Origin: Candidatus Krumholzibacteriia bacterium | Lineage (GTDB): Bacteria > Krumholzibacteriota > Krumholzibacteriia > LZORAL124-64-63 | Reading direction: 5' to 3' | Length of the DNA stretch: 55,009 nt | Assembly (NCBI GenBank): GCA_046484865.1 | Contig: JAWOID010000059.1 | Location: 1 to 55,009 of the forward strand | In this document: piece after piece, positions 41,687-51,330 of the stretch | Layout of the letters: each line of letters starts with the position of its first letter | Numbering within the stretch: position 1 is the first letter of the stretch | Position numbers and translations under genes: made by a program | The notes under the pieces: generated by a model | What the model was told of the DNA's origin: nothing | The model's database searches: none | The model's input: the letters and a program-made list of their open reading frames with translations, nothing else

Positions 41687-44239
41687 TCAGCGCAAAAGCG
41701 CCATCCGGCGAATCTCCACGAAACCACCCGCCTGCAAGCGATACAGGTACACCCCGGCCGCGGCTGCGCGCCGCCGATCGTCGCATCCGTCCCAGGTCGC
41801 GGTGTGGCGTCCCGGCCCCTCGACGTCCCCGCTCCTGAGCGTCCGGACGCGGCGCCCCGACAGATCGTAGACATCGAGCCAGACCGGCGTCGCGCGCGGC
41901 AGATCGTAGGTGATCTCCGTGCGGGGGTTGAACGGGTTGGGAGCGTTCTGATGCAACGCGAACGCCCCTGGCACGGACGACGGCGCGTGCGTCACGCGGG
42001 CGATCAGTGCCGGCGGGCTCTCGTTGCCGGCGAGGTCCACGGCCGAGACCCCGAAATAGCGCTGGTCGAATCCCGTGACGTCCAGCGAATCCGCCGTGGT
42101 CGCGCCGATCCGTTCGTCCGGGGTCAACTGTTCGTCCGCGGAAGCATACACGGCATAGTAGCCGAGGTCCGGGACGTCGACTCCGTCCCAGGCGAGCACG
42201 TCCGGCGCACGGAACCGGAGATCTTGCGGCGTCGCGGGCGCCAGGTTATCCACCGAATAGCCGCTATCGACCGCCGAATCGTAGAACACGAAGGGTTGCC
42301 CGGTGACGGCGCTCACGAAGAAGCGGGTCCAGCAGGTCGCGTGAACCGTCGAATCGCAGAGCGTGGGGACCACCAGCTGGTACTCGCTGTCGCCCCGCGC
42401 GGGAGCCTCCCCCAGGTAATCCCAGCCGGCGAGGGTCACGCTCGTTCCGCCGACCCTGCTCTCCGCGACCGGGATCTCCGTCGCCTCTCCGTTCTCGGCG
42501 CGGTAGATTCCGTAGCCGATCACCGGGTCGGCGTGCTGCGGGCCGTCGAGATGCGAGGCTCTCCAGCGGATGCGGACCTGTCGCCCCTGGTCGCTGGCCA
42601 CGTCCGTGATGGCGATGATGGCGGGGGCCGCCGTGCAGCCCACCTCGAGCGCTCCGATCGGCCCGCACGCAGCTCCGTCGGGGTGGTTGCCGTCGGCGCA
42701 CGGCGAGATGTCGAGCAGGGTGTAGTCACCGTTCTCGCGGTCGCAGAACCGCGGGTCCCGCGAGAAATTGCCCTCGACACCGAGCTGGTCGGGAACGGCG
42801 ACCCAGTCGCCGCCGGTGTTGCCGAAGATGTTCGTGCACGCGACGTGGGGAGGAACGCCCGTGTCGATCACGACGGCCTCGCCCTGGTTGAAGGCGATCA
42901 CGTTGGCGTCGACCGACCAGGCCATGTCTCCCCGGTGGATCAGACCTGCGCCACCGTTGTCGCAGACGGTGTTCCCCGTGAGCGTGAGCTGCTGGGGCTC
43001 GAACGCCTGGTAGGCCTCCAGCTCCAGCCCCGTCGAACCGTTCCCGGAGACCAGATTGCCCGACAGGATCGAGGAGAACATGAGGTAGACGTGGATACCT
43101 CGCCCGCCATTGGCCGTGATCTCGCAGCCTGAGATCGTGTAGTTGGTGCCTTTCGTCTCCGCATCCATCACGGCGCTGAACCGGGCGCCGGACGCGACAC
43201 CGATGCCGTCTCCCGTGTTGCCGCTGATGGTGCACGCGAGGATGCGCCCATCGTCCTCGGGGAAGCCGGCGATCCCGGTGCCGAGGTTGTCGCTCACCGT
43301 GCAGTTCTCGATGGTCGTCGAGTAGTCGTGCGACCGCACGCCGCCGAGACCGTTTTCCGAGACGCTGCCGCCGGCGATGTCGAGATCACCAGCCTCGAAG
43401 GCATTCGAGTACACGCCCCAGCCGCCGTTTCCGGAGATCTCGCAGCGGACGATGTCGATGGACCCGTACGTTTCGCCGTGACCATGCCTGAGACCGTCGC
43501 CGCTGTTGGCGCGGATGACCGTGTCGCGTACCACGTGGTCATTGCCGGTGAACGTCCAGATTCCCAGCGAGCGGAACCCGGCACCCGAGTTGAGCAGGAT
43601 CTCGCAGCCGTCGACGCGACATCGCATGACGTCGCGGGCGAACAGGAGACCGTCGCCGAGGTTCTCCCTGATCTCGCAGGCCACGATCAGGGGAAAGCTC
43701 TGCTCGTTCACGACGGCCACTCCCGCCCCCTGGCCGGCGCCGTTCTGCCTGATGATGCACCGGGTGATCCGCGGGCTCGTGGCGAGCCCGTCGGCCGGGA
43801 GCAGGTTCGGGTCTCCCACCAGGATCCCCCCACCCCATTCGACCCCCCCGCCGCCCGTGATCGTCAGACCGCGCAGCACGGCCGTGGAGTCCTCGCCCGA
43901 ATGGAACCAGAACCCGCGGTGCGGCTCCTCGGCGCTCCCCTGGCAGTCGATGACGACCGTTTCCGGGTCGTCGGCACTGGAGCGGAGAACGATCCCCTTG
44001 CCGCCGAAGTCCAGATCACGGTTGCCGTCCCCGCTGTACGTGCCCGGCATGATCTTCACCGTGTCGCCGGCCGCCGTCCGGCCGATGGCGTGCTGGATCG
44101 TGCCGAAGGGGAGATCTTCGCTCCCCGGATCGGCGTCGGAACCGTCCGCGGCGACCCACCAGGTGATGCCCCGGGCGGATCCCGTCGCCCCGGCGAGGAA
44201 CGAGAGCAGGACCACGAGCGCAGATAGCCTGGCTGCCAT
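41687..44239 (-). CDS. Secreted right-handed parallel beta-helix protein with C-terminal FlgD-Ig-like domain
   Basis: ATG 44239 after AGGAGG. Signal peptide, PFGTIQHAI..GDTVKIMPGTYSGDGNRD, many C-x-I-x-x-N-x-G-x-G repeats, C-terminal ALHQNAPNPFNPRTEITY..VYDLSGRRVRTL..WDG..GVYLYRL. Confidence 0.85.
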   Translation of the reverse strand: MAARLSALVVLLSFLAGATGSARGITWWVAADGSDADPGSEDLPFGTIQHAIGRTAAGDTVKIMPGTYSGDGNRDLDFGGKGIVLRSSADDPETVVIDCQGSAEEPHRGFWFHSGEDSTAVLRGLTITGGGGVEWGGGILVGDPNLLPADGLATSPRITRCIIRQNGAGQGAGVAVVNEQSFPLIVACEIRENLGDGLLFARDVMRCRVDGCEILLNSGAGFRSLGIWTFTGNDHVVRDTVIRANSGDGLRHGHGETYGSIDIVRCEISGNGGWGVYSNAFEAGDLDIAGGSVSENGLGGVRSHDYSTTIENCTVSDNLGTGIAGFPEDDGRILACTISGNTGDGIGVASGARFSAVMDAETKGTNYTISGCEITANGGRGIHVYLMFSSILSGNLVSGNGSTGLELEAYQAFEPQQLTLTGNTVCDNGGAGLIHRGDMAWSVDANVIAFNQGEAVVIDTGVPPHVACTNIFGNTGGDWVAVPDQLGVEGNFSRDPRFCDRENGDYTLLDISPCADGNHPDGAACGPIGALEVGCTAAPAIIAITDVASDQGRQVRIRWRASHLDGPQHADPVIGYGIYRAENGEATEIPVAESRVGGTSVTLAGWDYLGEAPARGDSEYQLVVPTLCDSTVHATCWTRFFVSAVTGQPFVFYDSAVDSGYSVDNLAPATPQDLRFRAPDVLAWDGVDVPDLGYYAVYASADEQLTPDERIGATTADSLDVTGFDQRYFGVSAVDLAGNESPPALIARVTHAPSSVPGAFALHQNAPNPFNPRTEITYDLPRATPVWLDVYDLSGRRVRTLRSGDVEGPGRHTATWDGCDDRRRAAAAGVYLYRLQAGGFVEIRRMALLR

Positions 44240-44393
44240 GGTTTGCCGCCTCCTGATCCATGAAGGATCTGCGGTCGATGTCGCACGCGATGTCACTGGA
44301 ATCGCTACCGGTACAATCTAGCCTGCCGACCCTCGGCCCGCCGATCGGATCCCGACCGCGCCCGGCTCTGGTTCCGAGACCCTCGGAGCCGGC

Positions 44394-45728
44394 CTAGCGC
44401 GACTCCTTCAGCACCTCGACGAGCGCGAGCGCCAGCCCCGCGACATCGTCCTCGGTCATGGCCGCGTTCAGGAACCCGACCTCCCACCCGGACGGCGCCA
44501 GGTAAAAGCCCCGGTTCAGCAGCGCCAGGTGCATGTCTGCGTATCGTTTCATGCCGGCGGCGTCCACCTGCTCCACCGCCCGCGGAGCCGTCGTCTGCAG
44601 CGCGAGCCAGAACACCGATCCCACCCGCACGAAGGCCGCTCCACTGGCCTCGGCCGCCGGTCCCAGTTCACGCTCGAGGGCGCGGCCGAGCTTCTCCAGG
44701 CGCTCGTGCACGCGTTCCTCGCGGATCACCCGCAGGGCGGCCGCGCCGGCGGCCATCGCCACCGGGTTGCCGGACAGCGTGCCGGCCTGGTAGACGTCGC
44801 CCAGGGGGGCCAGCCGCTGCATGATCTCCCGGCGGCCGCCGAAGGCGCCCACGGGAAAACCGCCGCCCACCACCTTGCCGAAGGTGGCCAGGTCCGGCTC
44901 GATCCCGTAGAGACCGGCGGCGCCGGCCATCCCCACGCGAAACCCGGAGATCACCTCGTCGAAGATCAGCAAGGCGCCGTGGCGGGCGGTCACCTCGCGC
45001 AGGCGACGCAGGAACTGCGGCCGCTGCAGCAGGAGGCCGCTATTGGCCGGGATGGGCTCGATGAGCACCGCGGCGATCTCGTCGCCGCGTTCGGCGAAGA
45101 GATCGTCCACGAGCCGGTCGTCGTCCAGGGGGAGCACCACGGTGTCCGCGACCGCGCCGGTCGGCACGCCGGCGGAACTGCTGGTACCGAAGGTCGCCAG
45201 GCCGCTGCCGCCGGACACGAGCAGGGCGTCGCTGTGTCCGTGGTAGCAGCCGGTGAACTTCACGACGAGATCGCGACCGCTGAAGCCGCGGGCCAGCCGC
45301 ACGGCGGCCATCACCGCCTCGGTGCCGCTGCTGGTGAAGCGGACCTGCTCGACGGCCGGGTACGCGGTCACCACCTGCTCGGCCAGCTCGATCTCCGTGG
45401 CGCAGGGCGCGCCGAAGCTGGTGCCGCGGCGCATGGCCGCCTCGGCGGCGGCGATCACCGCGGGATGGGCGTGGCCCAGGATCAGCGGGCCCCACGACCC
45501 GCAGCAGTCGAGGTAGCGATTGCCGTCCACATCCCACAGGTGGGCGCCCTCGCCGCGGTCGATGAACAGCGGGTCGCCATGCACCGACCGGAAGGCGCGC
45601 ACCGGAGAGTTCACGCCGGCCGGGATCAGCTCCTGGGCGCGGCGGAACAGTTCGCTCGAGCGCGTGCGGGAACCGTGCGCACCGTCGTTCCGCCTGGCGG
45701 CGGCGCCCGTGGCGTCGGCGTCGGTCAT
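44394..45728 (-). CDS. hemL: Glutamate-1-semialdehyde 2,1-aminomutase
   Basis: IPAGVNSPVRAF, SWGPLILGHA, GCYHGHSD, IFDEVISGFR, TFGKVVGGG, YQAGTLSGNP. Confidence 0.97.
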   Translation of the reverse strand: MTDADATGAAARRNDGAHGSRTRSSELFRRAQELIPAGVNSPVRAFRSVHGDPLFIDRGEGAHLWDVDGNRYLDCCGSWGPLILGHAHPAVIAAAEAAMRRGTSFGAPCATEIELAEQVVTAYPAVEQVRFTSSGTEAVMAAVRLARGFSGRDLVVKFTGCYHGHSDALLVSGGSGLATFGTSSSAGVPTGAVADTVVLPLDDDRLVDDLFAERGDEIAAVLIEPIPANSGLLLQRPQFLRRLREVTARHGALLIFDEVISGFRVGMAGAAGLYGIEPDLATFGKVVGGGFPVGAFGGRREIMQRLAPLGDVYQAGTLSGNPVAMAAGAAALRVIREERVHERLEKLGRALERELGPAAEASGAAFVRVGSVFWLALQTTAPRAVEQVDAAGMKRYADMHLALLNRGFYLAPSGWEVGFLNAAMTEDDVAGLALALVEVLKESR

Positions 45729-46909
45729 CGGATCCAGCCCTCCTTCAGCGCGTCGCGGCCGTGGTAGGTGATCAGGATGTCGGCGCCGGCGCGGGCCATG
45801 GCCGACAGGTTCTCCAGGACGACCAGGCGCTCGTCCACCAGGCCCTCGCGGGCGGCCAGCTTCACCATGGCGTACTCGCCGCTCACGTTGTAGCAGGCCA
45901 GCGGCACCTCCACGGTCTCGCGCACGCGCTGGATCACGTCCAGGTAGGCCAGGGCCGGCTTCACCATGACGATGTCGGCCCCCTCGTCCACGTCGAGCAT
46001 GACCTCGCGCAGCGCCTCGCGCACGTTGCGGGGATCCATCTGGTAGCTGCGGCGGTCGCCGAAGCTGGGAGCGCTGTCGGCCGCCTCGCGGAAGGGGCCG
46101 TAATACGCCGACGCGTACTTGGCGGCGTACGACATGATGGCCGTCTCGTCGAGGCCGCTCTGGTCCAGAGCGGAGCGGATGGCGGCCACGCGGCCGTCCA
46201 TCATGTCCGACGGCGCCACGATTTCCGCGCCGGCGGCGGCGCAGGCGAATGCCATCCGGGCGAGCAACGGCAGCGTGGCGTCGTTGTCCACGTCGTCGCC
46301 GTGCAGGACCCCGCAGTGTCCGTGGTCGGTGTAGGCGCAGAGACAGATGTCCGTCGCCACCACCAGGTCGCGGCCGAAAGCATCCTTCAGCCGGCGGACG
46401 GCGTCGGGAACCACCCCTTCGGGGTCGGCGGCGGCGTGCGCGTCGGGAGTCTTCTCGTCGGGCAGGCCGAAGAGCAGCACGTGGCGGATGCCCAGCTCCA
46501 GGTCCGATTCCACCGTGCGCAGCAGCCGGTCCGCCGACTCGCGGCCGATGCCGGGCATGGACGAGATCTCCTGGCGCTGGTTCGCTCCCGGCACGACGAA
46601 GTGCGGCTGGCAGAGCATGTCCGCGTGCAGCCGCGTCTCGGCCACGAGGTCGCGCAGCACGGAACTGCGGCGCAGGCGCCGCGGGCGGATCACGCCCGGA
46701 CCGGGGATCTCGATCTCCTCGTCGTCGTCGTCGCCCTCGAGATCCACGTCGAAGTCGTCGTCCATCACCATCTCCAGATCGTGCTCGACGCTGTCGTGCA
46801 GGCGCCCGTGCGGGTGGTGGTGCCCGGGTTCGCTCTTGCGATCGGCGCGGTGCCCCGCCTTGCGGGTGCCCTCGCCGGCACTGTTGTCGTCTCGGTCACG
46901 GGGGGTCAT
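45725..46909 (-). CDS. hemB: Porphobilinogen synthase (Zn-type) with His-rich/acidic N-terminal extension
   Basis: RPRRLR, DICLCAYTDHGHCG, PSDMMDGR, AKYASAYYGPFREA, MVKPALAYLD, YNVSGEYAM. Confidence 0.97.
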   Translation of the reverse strand: MTPRDRDDNSAGEGTRKAGHRADRKSEPGHHHPHGRLHDSVEHDLEMVMDDDFDVDLEGDDDDEEIEIPGPGVIRPRRLRRSSVLRDLVAETRLHADMLCQPHFVVPGANQRQEISSMPGIGRESADRLLRTVESDLELGIRHVLLFGLPDEKTPDAHAAADPEGVVPDAVRRLKDAFGRDLVVATDICLCAYTDHGHCGVLHGDDVDNDATLPLLARMAFACAAAGAEIVAPSDMMDGRVAAIRSALDQSGLDETAIMSYAAKYASAYYGPFREAADSAPSFGDRRSYQMDPRNVREALREVMLDVDEGADIVMVKPALAYLDVIQRVRETVEVPLACYNVSGEYAMVKLAAREGLVDERLVVLENLSAMARAGADILITYHGRDALKEGWIR

Positions 46910-46964
46910 GCGACTCCTCCTCGGTCGGCGTGTAGGATCTTTCCTCGGTCGGCGTGAAAAATCT

Positions 46965-47882
46965 TCAGGAACGTAGCCGGTTCAGCGCCTCGCGGGCGGC
47001 GGTCTCCGGGTCCGGCGCAACGATATCGCAGCGCGCCATGGTGCCGTCGGGACGTCCCAGCGCCCCCACCAGCCGCAATCCGCCCGGCACCGTCCGGGCG
47101 AGCACGCCCAGGGGCAGGTTGCAGCCGCCCTCCAGCCCGGCCAGCACGCGCCGCTCGGCCGACACGGCGCTGGCGGTCTCCTCATGATGCAGCGGCGCGA
47201 GCGCATCCACCAGGGCGCCGCGCTCGGGAATCCGCGCGGCGCGGTGCACCTGGATGGCCAGGGCCCCCTGCGCGGGCGCCGGGACGAAGCGCTCCGGATC
47301 GAGCAGCGCCACCCGCAACGGCGCCGGATCGAGGCCCAGGCGAGCCAGACCGGCCTCCGCCAGGACGATGGCGTCCAGCGGCTCGGTGCCCGCCGGATCC
47401 TCGGCGAGTCGTGCCATCCGCGTGGGGACGTTGCCCCGCAGGTCGGCCGGCCGCAGGTCGGGTCGCAGGGCCCGCAGCAGCGAGCGCCGGCGCGCGGAGC
47501 CGGTTCCCACCCGGGCCCCCTCCCGCAGGGGTAACTCGGGCGCGTCTGGATCGTGGGCCTCGGGCCGGATCAGCAGGAGGTCACGGACCGGTCCGCGCTC
47601 GGGCACGGCCGCCACCGCCAGTTCCAGGGGCGCCTCGGTGGGCAGGTCCTTGTGCGAGTGCACCGCGATGTGCACGTCGCGCGCCAGCAGCGCGTTCTCG
47701 ATCTCGCGCGTGAAGAAGCCGATGCCGGGCATCTCACCCAGACTGCGATCCTGGACGCGGTCGCCCTCGGTGCGGATGATCCGGATCTCGGCCGCCAGGC
47801 CGGCCCGTTCCCGCAGCAGATCGCGCACGTGGTGCGCCTGCCAGAGCGCCAGTTCGCTGCCCCGGGTCCCGATGATGAGCAT
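46965..47882 (-). CDS. hemC: Hydroxymethylbilane synthase (porphobilinogen deaminase)
   Basis: Start MLIIGTRGSELALWQA (ATG 47882). AVHSHKDLP, GTGSARR, LRGNVPTR, PAPAQGAL, LEGGCNLP. Confidence 0.96.
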   Translation of the reverse strand: MLIIGTRGSELALWQAHHVRDLLRERAGLAAEIRIIRTEGDRVQDRSLGEMPGIGFFTREIENALLARDVHIAVHSHKDLPTEAPLELAVAAVPERGPVRDLLLIRPEAHDPDAPELPLREGARVGTGSARRRSLLRALRPDLRPADLRGNVPTRMARLAEDPAGTEPLDAIVLAEAGLARLGLDPAPLRVALLDPERFVPAPAQGALAIQVHRAARIPERGALVDALAPLHHEETASAVSAERRVLAGLEGGCNLPLGVLARTVPGGLRLVGALGRPDGTMARCDIVAPDPETAAREALNRLRS

Positions 47883-47937
47883 GGCCGGACTGTCCTTTCG
47901 GTGAGGGGAGAGGCCATTGCCGGGCCGTCGATGGGTC

Positions 47938-48008
47938 GCCGGGCTGCCGGGCTGCCAGGTGCCAGGCTGCCAGGCGGCCAGGCGGCCAGGCTGCCAGGCG
48001 GCCAGGCT
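47938..48008. repeat. Tandem 8-mer array (GCCAGGCK), 9 units
   Basis: gccgggct gccgggct gccagg-t gccaggct gccaggcg gccaggcg gccaggct gccaggcg gccaggct, upstream of hemC. Confidence 0.85.
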
Positions 48009-48242
48009 GCATCCGTGGCGCGCCCCCATGCCGAGCAGTTCGCTCAAGATAGTGACTCGGTCGCACCGGCCCAAGCACGGGTTGCACCCGCTCACCACCG
48101 TCGGGCCGCCGCCCACCGGCCCCCCGGGGCGAGCGGAGGGAGCGCCGTGCACGCCTGCGCCGCGATGGAGCCTTGATCACTCCTGCGCGAGGACCTACCA
48201 TCGCCGCGCAAACCGCAAGCTCGCCATCGCCAGGAGGTTCTC

Positions 48243-49745
48243 ATGCGTTCCGATTCGACGCGACGGGTTGCACCAGCGCTCGTCTCCCTGCTGTTCCTCG
48301 TCCTGGTGGTCCCGCCCGCCGCCGGCGAGGTGGACAACACGTCGCGCTGGGGCGTGGGATTGCAGTCCGGCCTCATGAAGCTGACCGGAGGCGACCACGA
48401 CTACAGCAATCTCGACCAGTTCGGGACCATCATCATCGAACATGGCCTGTCCCGGCAGTGGACGATCGGCGCGGCCCTCAAGTACGGCTACACCCGCGCC
48501 GGCGTCGGCATCCGTGGCGAGGACGCCGGCTGGAGCACCACCGCCCGCGCGCCTCTGTACACCGAGATGCACCAGCCCATGCTGCGCACCCGCGTCCACC
48601 TGGCCCCCGGATCCCGGGTCGGCCCGTTCCTCGGCCTCGGCGCCGGCGCCACCGTCTACCGGGTCCTGGACCTGACGGGCGAAGACCCCGGCCTCGTCCT
48701 CAGCGGCACGACCATCGTGGGACGTGACGAGGACGGCCAGTTCGCCAGCCTGAAGCAGGCCGTGTTCACGGCTGACGTCGAGGCCGGCGTGGACCTGTTC
48801 CTGTCCGAGCGCTGGGCGCTGAACCTGGGCGCGCGCTATTACCTGCTGGCGGGCGTGGATCGCGACAACGTCGGACTGAGCAGCTACTGGGGTCCCGATC
48901 ACGTGGATGCCAACGACGGCATGGTCGAGGGGTTCGTGGGCCTCACGGTCTGGTTCGGCAGCAGCGACCGGGACGGCGACGGCATCCCCGACCGTTACGA
49001 CGGCTGTCCCGACGAGCCGGAGGACTTCGACGGCTTCGAGGACTCGGACGGCTGCCCCGACCCGGACAACGACGGCGACGGCATCCCCGATGTGGATGAC
49101 GAGTGCCCGGACCAGCCGGAGGACTTCGACGGGTTCGAGGACGAAGACGGCTGTCCCGATTTCGACAACGACGGCGACGGCATCCTCGACGTGAACGACG
49201 CCTGTCCGGACGAACCGGAGGACTTCGACGGCTTCGAGGACGAAGACGGCTGTCCCGACCTCGACAACGATGGCGACGGCGTGCCCGACACCGAGGACCT
49301 GTGCCCCGACACCCGCCCCGGCGTGACCGTGGGCCCGGACGGCTGCCCGGAGACGGAAGTCACCGCCCCGGCGGCCCCGCGGCCGCCGCTGGTGCCGGAC
49401 GTCGGCGGCGGACTGGTCCTCGAAGGCGTGCAGTTCGTCAGCGGCAGCGCCCAGCTGACGCCGGAATCGATCTCCGTGCTCACCCGCGTGGCCGACTCCC
49501 TGCACGAGCGTCCCGAGCTGCGCATCGAGGTCCGCGGCCACACCGACTCCACCGGCGGCGCCGAGATCAACCGCGACCTGTCCCACAAGCGGGCCAGCGC
49601 CGTCCGGGACGTCCTCGTCCAGCTCGGCATCGCCCCCAGGCGCCTGGTCGCCGTGGGCTACGGCGAGGACTACCCGATCGCTTCGAACGAGACCCGCGAG
49701 GGCCGCGCGCAGAATCGGCGGGTTGAGCTGCACCGGATCGATTGA
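48243..49745 (+). CDS. OmpA-family outer-membrane protein (beta-barrel, thrombospondin type-3 Ca-binding repeats, OmpA_C)
   Basis: Signal peptide. D-x-D-G-D-G-I-P-D..D-x-C-P-D-x-P-E-D-F-D-G-F-E-D repeats. C-terminal IEVRGHTD..LSHKRA..GYGEDYP..NRRVE. Confidence 0.93.
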   Translation: MRSDSTRRVAPALVSLLFLVLVVPPAAGEVDNTSRWGVGLQSGLMKLTGGDHDYSNLDQFGTIIIEHGLSRQWTIGAALKYGYTRAGVGIRGEDAGWSTTARAPLYTEMHQPMLRTRVHLAPGSRVGPFLGLGAGATVYRVLDLTGEDPGLVLSGTTIVGRDEDGQFASLKQAVFTADVEAGVDLFLSERWALNLGARYYLLAGVDRDNVGLSSYWGPDHVDANDGMVEGFVGLTVWFGSSDRDGDGIPDRYDGCPDEPEDFDGFEDSDGCPDPDNDGDGIPDVDDECPDQPEDFDGFEDEDGCPDFDNDGDGILDVNDACPDEPEDFDGFEDEDGCPDLDNDGDGVPDTEDLCPDTRPGVTVGPDGCPETEVTAPAAPRPPLVPDVGGGLVLEGVQFVSGSAQLTPESISVLTRVADSLHERPELRIEVRGHTDSTGGAEINRDLSHKRASAVRDVLVQLGIAPRRLVAVGYGEDYPIASNETREGRAQNRRVELHRID

Positions 49746-49792
49746 TCCGCGAGCCGCCGCCTGGCGCCCATGGCGGCGGACGGCCAGACGCG

Positions 49793-49825
49793 TGCACCCG
49801 CGGTGCGAATCGCACCGCGGGTGCA
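49793..49825. terminator. 16-bp perfect inverted repeat between convergent ompA-like gene and tyrS
   Basis: TGCACCCGCGGTGCGA-A-TCGCACCGCGGGTGCA, no U-tract. Confidence 0.55.
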
Positions 49826-49872
49826 TCGTCGCCCGGCTGGTCGCGGCGGTGGCAGATCCCGCCGGATCCCTG

Positions 49873-51174
49873 CTACGCCACCACCAGATCGTGATACCGC
49901 TTCTTCCCCGCCTGCAGCCGGAGACGACCGTCGAGAGCGTCGGCAGCGGTGAGGCGCAGGTGCTCGTCGGTGACGACGGCGCCGTTCACGCGGATGCCGG
50001 CCTGGCGGATCAGGCGGCGTGCCTCGCCGTTGCTCTTGCAGAGGCCGGCCTCCACCAGGGCTTCCACCACCCACAGCCCCTCTCCCTCGAGCCGGCCGGC
50101 GGCCACCTCGCTGGACGGGACGGCAGACTCGTCACCCGCCCCGGCGCCCGCACCGCCACCGGCGCCCGCGCCCCCGAACAGGGCCGAGGCGGCCCTCGCG
50201 GCGCGGTCGGCGTCCTCGTCGCCGTGGACCAGTGCCGTGACCTCGCGGGCCAGGTTTCGCTTGGCCTCCCGCAGATCCGCGCCTCGCAGGCGCTCCAGCT
50301 CCTCGATCCGCTCGCGCGGCAACAGCGTGTACAGGCGCAGGAAACGCCCGACGTCCCGGTCGTCGCAGTTCACCCAGTACTGGTAGAAGTCGTAGGGGCT
50401 CGTACGCGCCGCGTCCAGCCAGATGGCGCCGGCGGCCGTCTTGCCCATCTTCTCGCCGCTGGCGCTGGTCAGCAGCGGGAACGTGGCGCCGAAGACCTCC
50501 TGCTGGTTGACCCGTCGCGTGAGGTCCACGCCCGAGCAGATGTTGCCCCACTGGTCGCTGCCGCCGAGTTGCAGGCGGCAGCCATGGTCGCGGTTGAGGA
50601 CCATGAAGTCGTAGGCCTGCAGCAGCATGTAATTGAACTCGATGAACGAGAGACCGGTCTCGAGCCGGGTCTTCACCGAGTCGCGGGTGAGCATCTGGTT
50701 CACCGAGAAGTGCCGGCCCACGTCGCGCAGGAAACCGATGTAGCTGTAGTCGCGCAGCCAGTCGGCGTTGTTCAGCACCAGGGCCGCATTGCCGCGACCG
50801 GCGTCGAAGTGCAGGAACCGCTCGAGCTGGGTCCGGATGCCGTGCAGGTTATGCTCGATCTGCTCCTCGGTGAGCAGCTGGCGCAGTTCCGTGCGGCCGC
50901 TGGGATCGCCCACCATGGCCGTGGCTCCGCCCACGATGGCCAGCGGACGGTGCCCGTGCCGCTGCAGGTGCACCAGACCGAGGATGGGAATGAGGCTGCC
51001 CACGTGCAGGCTGTCGGCGGTGGGATCGAAGCCGGCGTAGCCGGTCGTGACGCCGGAGGCCAGCAGGGCTGCGAGCCCGGCCTCGTCCGTGGCCTGCTCG
51101 AAGAAACCGCGCCACTTCAACTCGTCCAGCAGGCTGTCGCGGGAGAGATCGCCGCTGTCTGGTGCCTCGTACAT
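49873..51174 (-). CDS. tyrS: Tyrosine--tRNA ligase
   Basis: YAGFDPTADSLHVGS, GDPSGR, LQAYDF, GGSDQWGNI, KMGKT, C-terminal S4 domain. Start ATG 51174. Confidence 0.98.
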   Translation of the reverse strand: MYEAPDSGDLSRDSLLDELKWRGFFEQATDEAGLAALLASGVTTGYAGFDPTADSLHVGSLIPILGLVHLQRHGHRPLAIVGGATAMVGDPSGRTELRQLLTEEQIEHNLHGIRTQLERFLHFDAGRGNAALVLNNADWLRDYSYIGFLRDVGRHFSVNQMLTRDSVKTRLETGLSFIEFNYMLLQAYDFMVLNRDHGCRLQLGGSDQWGNICSGVDLTRRVNQQEVFGATFPLLTSASGEKMGKTAAGAIWLDAARTSPYDFYQYWVNCDDRDVGRFLRLYTLLPRERIEELERLRGADLREAKRNLAREVTALVHGDEDADRAARAASALFGGAGAGGGAGAGAGDESAVPSSEVAAGRLEGEGLWVVEALVEAGLCKSNGEARRLIRQAGIRVNGAVVTDEHLRLTAADALDGRLRLQAGKKRYHDLVVA

Positions 51175-51330
51175 CGCCTCGCCGTTCGCCGGGAGTCCTG
51201 AACCGTCGCCTTCGCCGGCCCACGCCGCGGAAGAGCGGAAGAGCCGCCGCCGGACCGCCATGGCCGGAGAATGCAGCGGATGCTAGTCCGTGGCGGCGGC
51301 CGGCGCAAGACCGCGGGCTGGCATGCCTGC

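Noticed and set aside
47883..48152. N-terminal extension of HemC in the ORF track
   Set aside because: Produced by reading through the octamer array. Canonical HemC starts at MLIIGTRGS with its own SD.
49017..49260. CCGGAGGACTTCGACGGNTTCGAGGAC repeated three times with a 99-bp period (CRISPR-like look)
   Set aside because: In-frame thrombospondin type-3 repeats of the OmpA protein. The intervening sequences are similar to each other and there are no cas genes.
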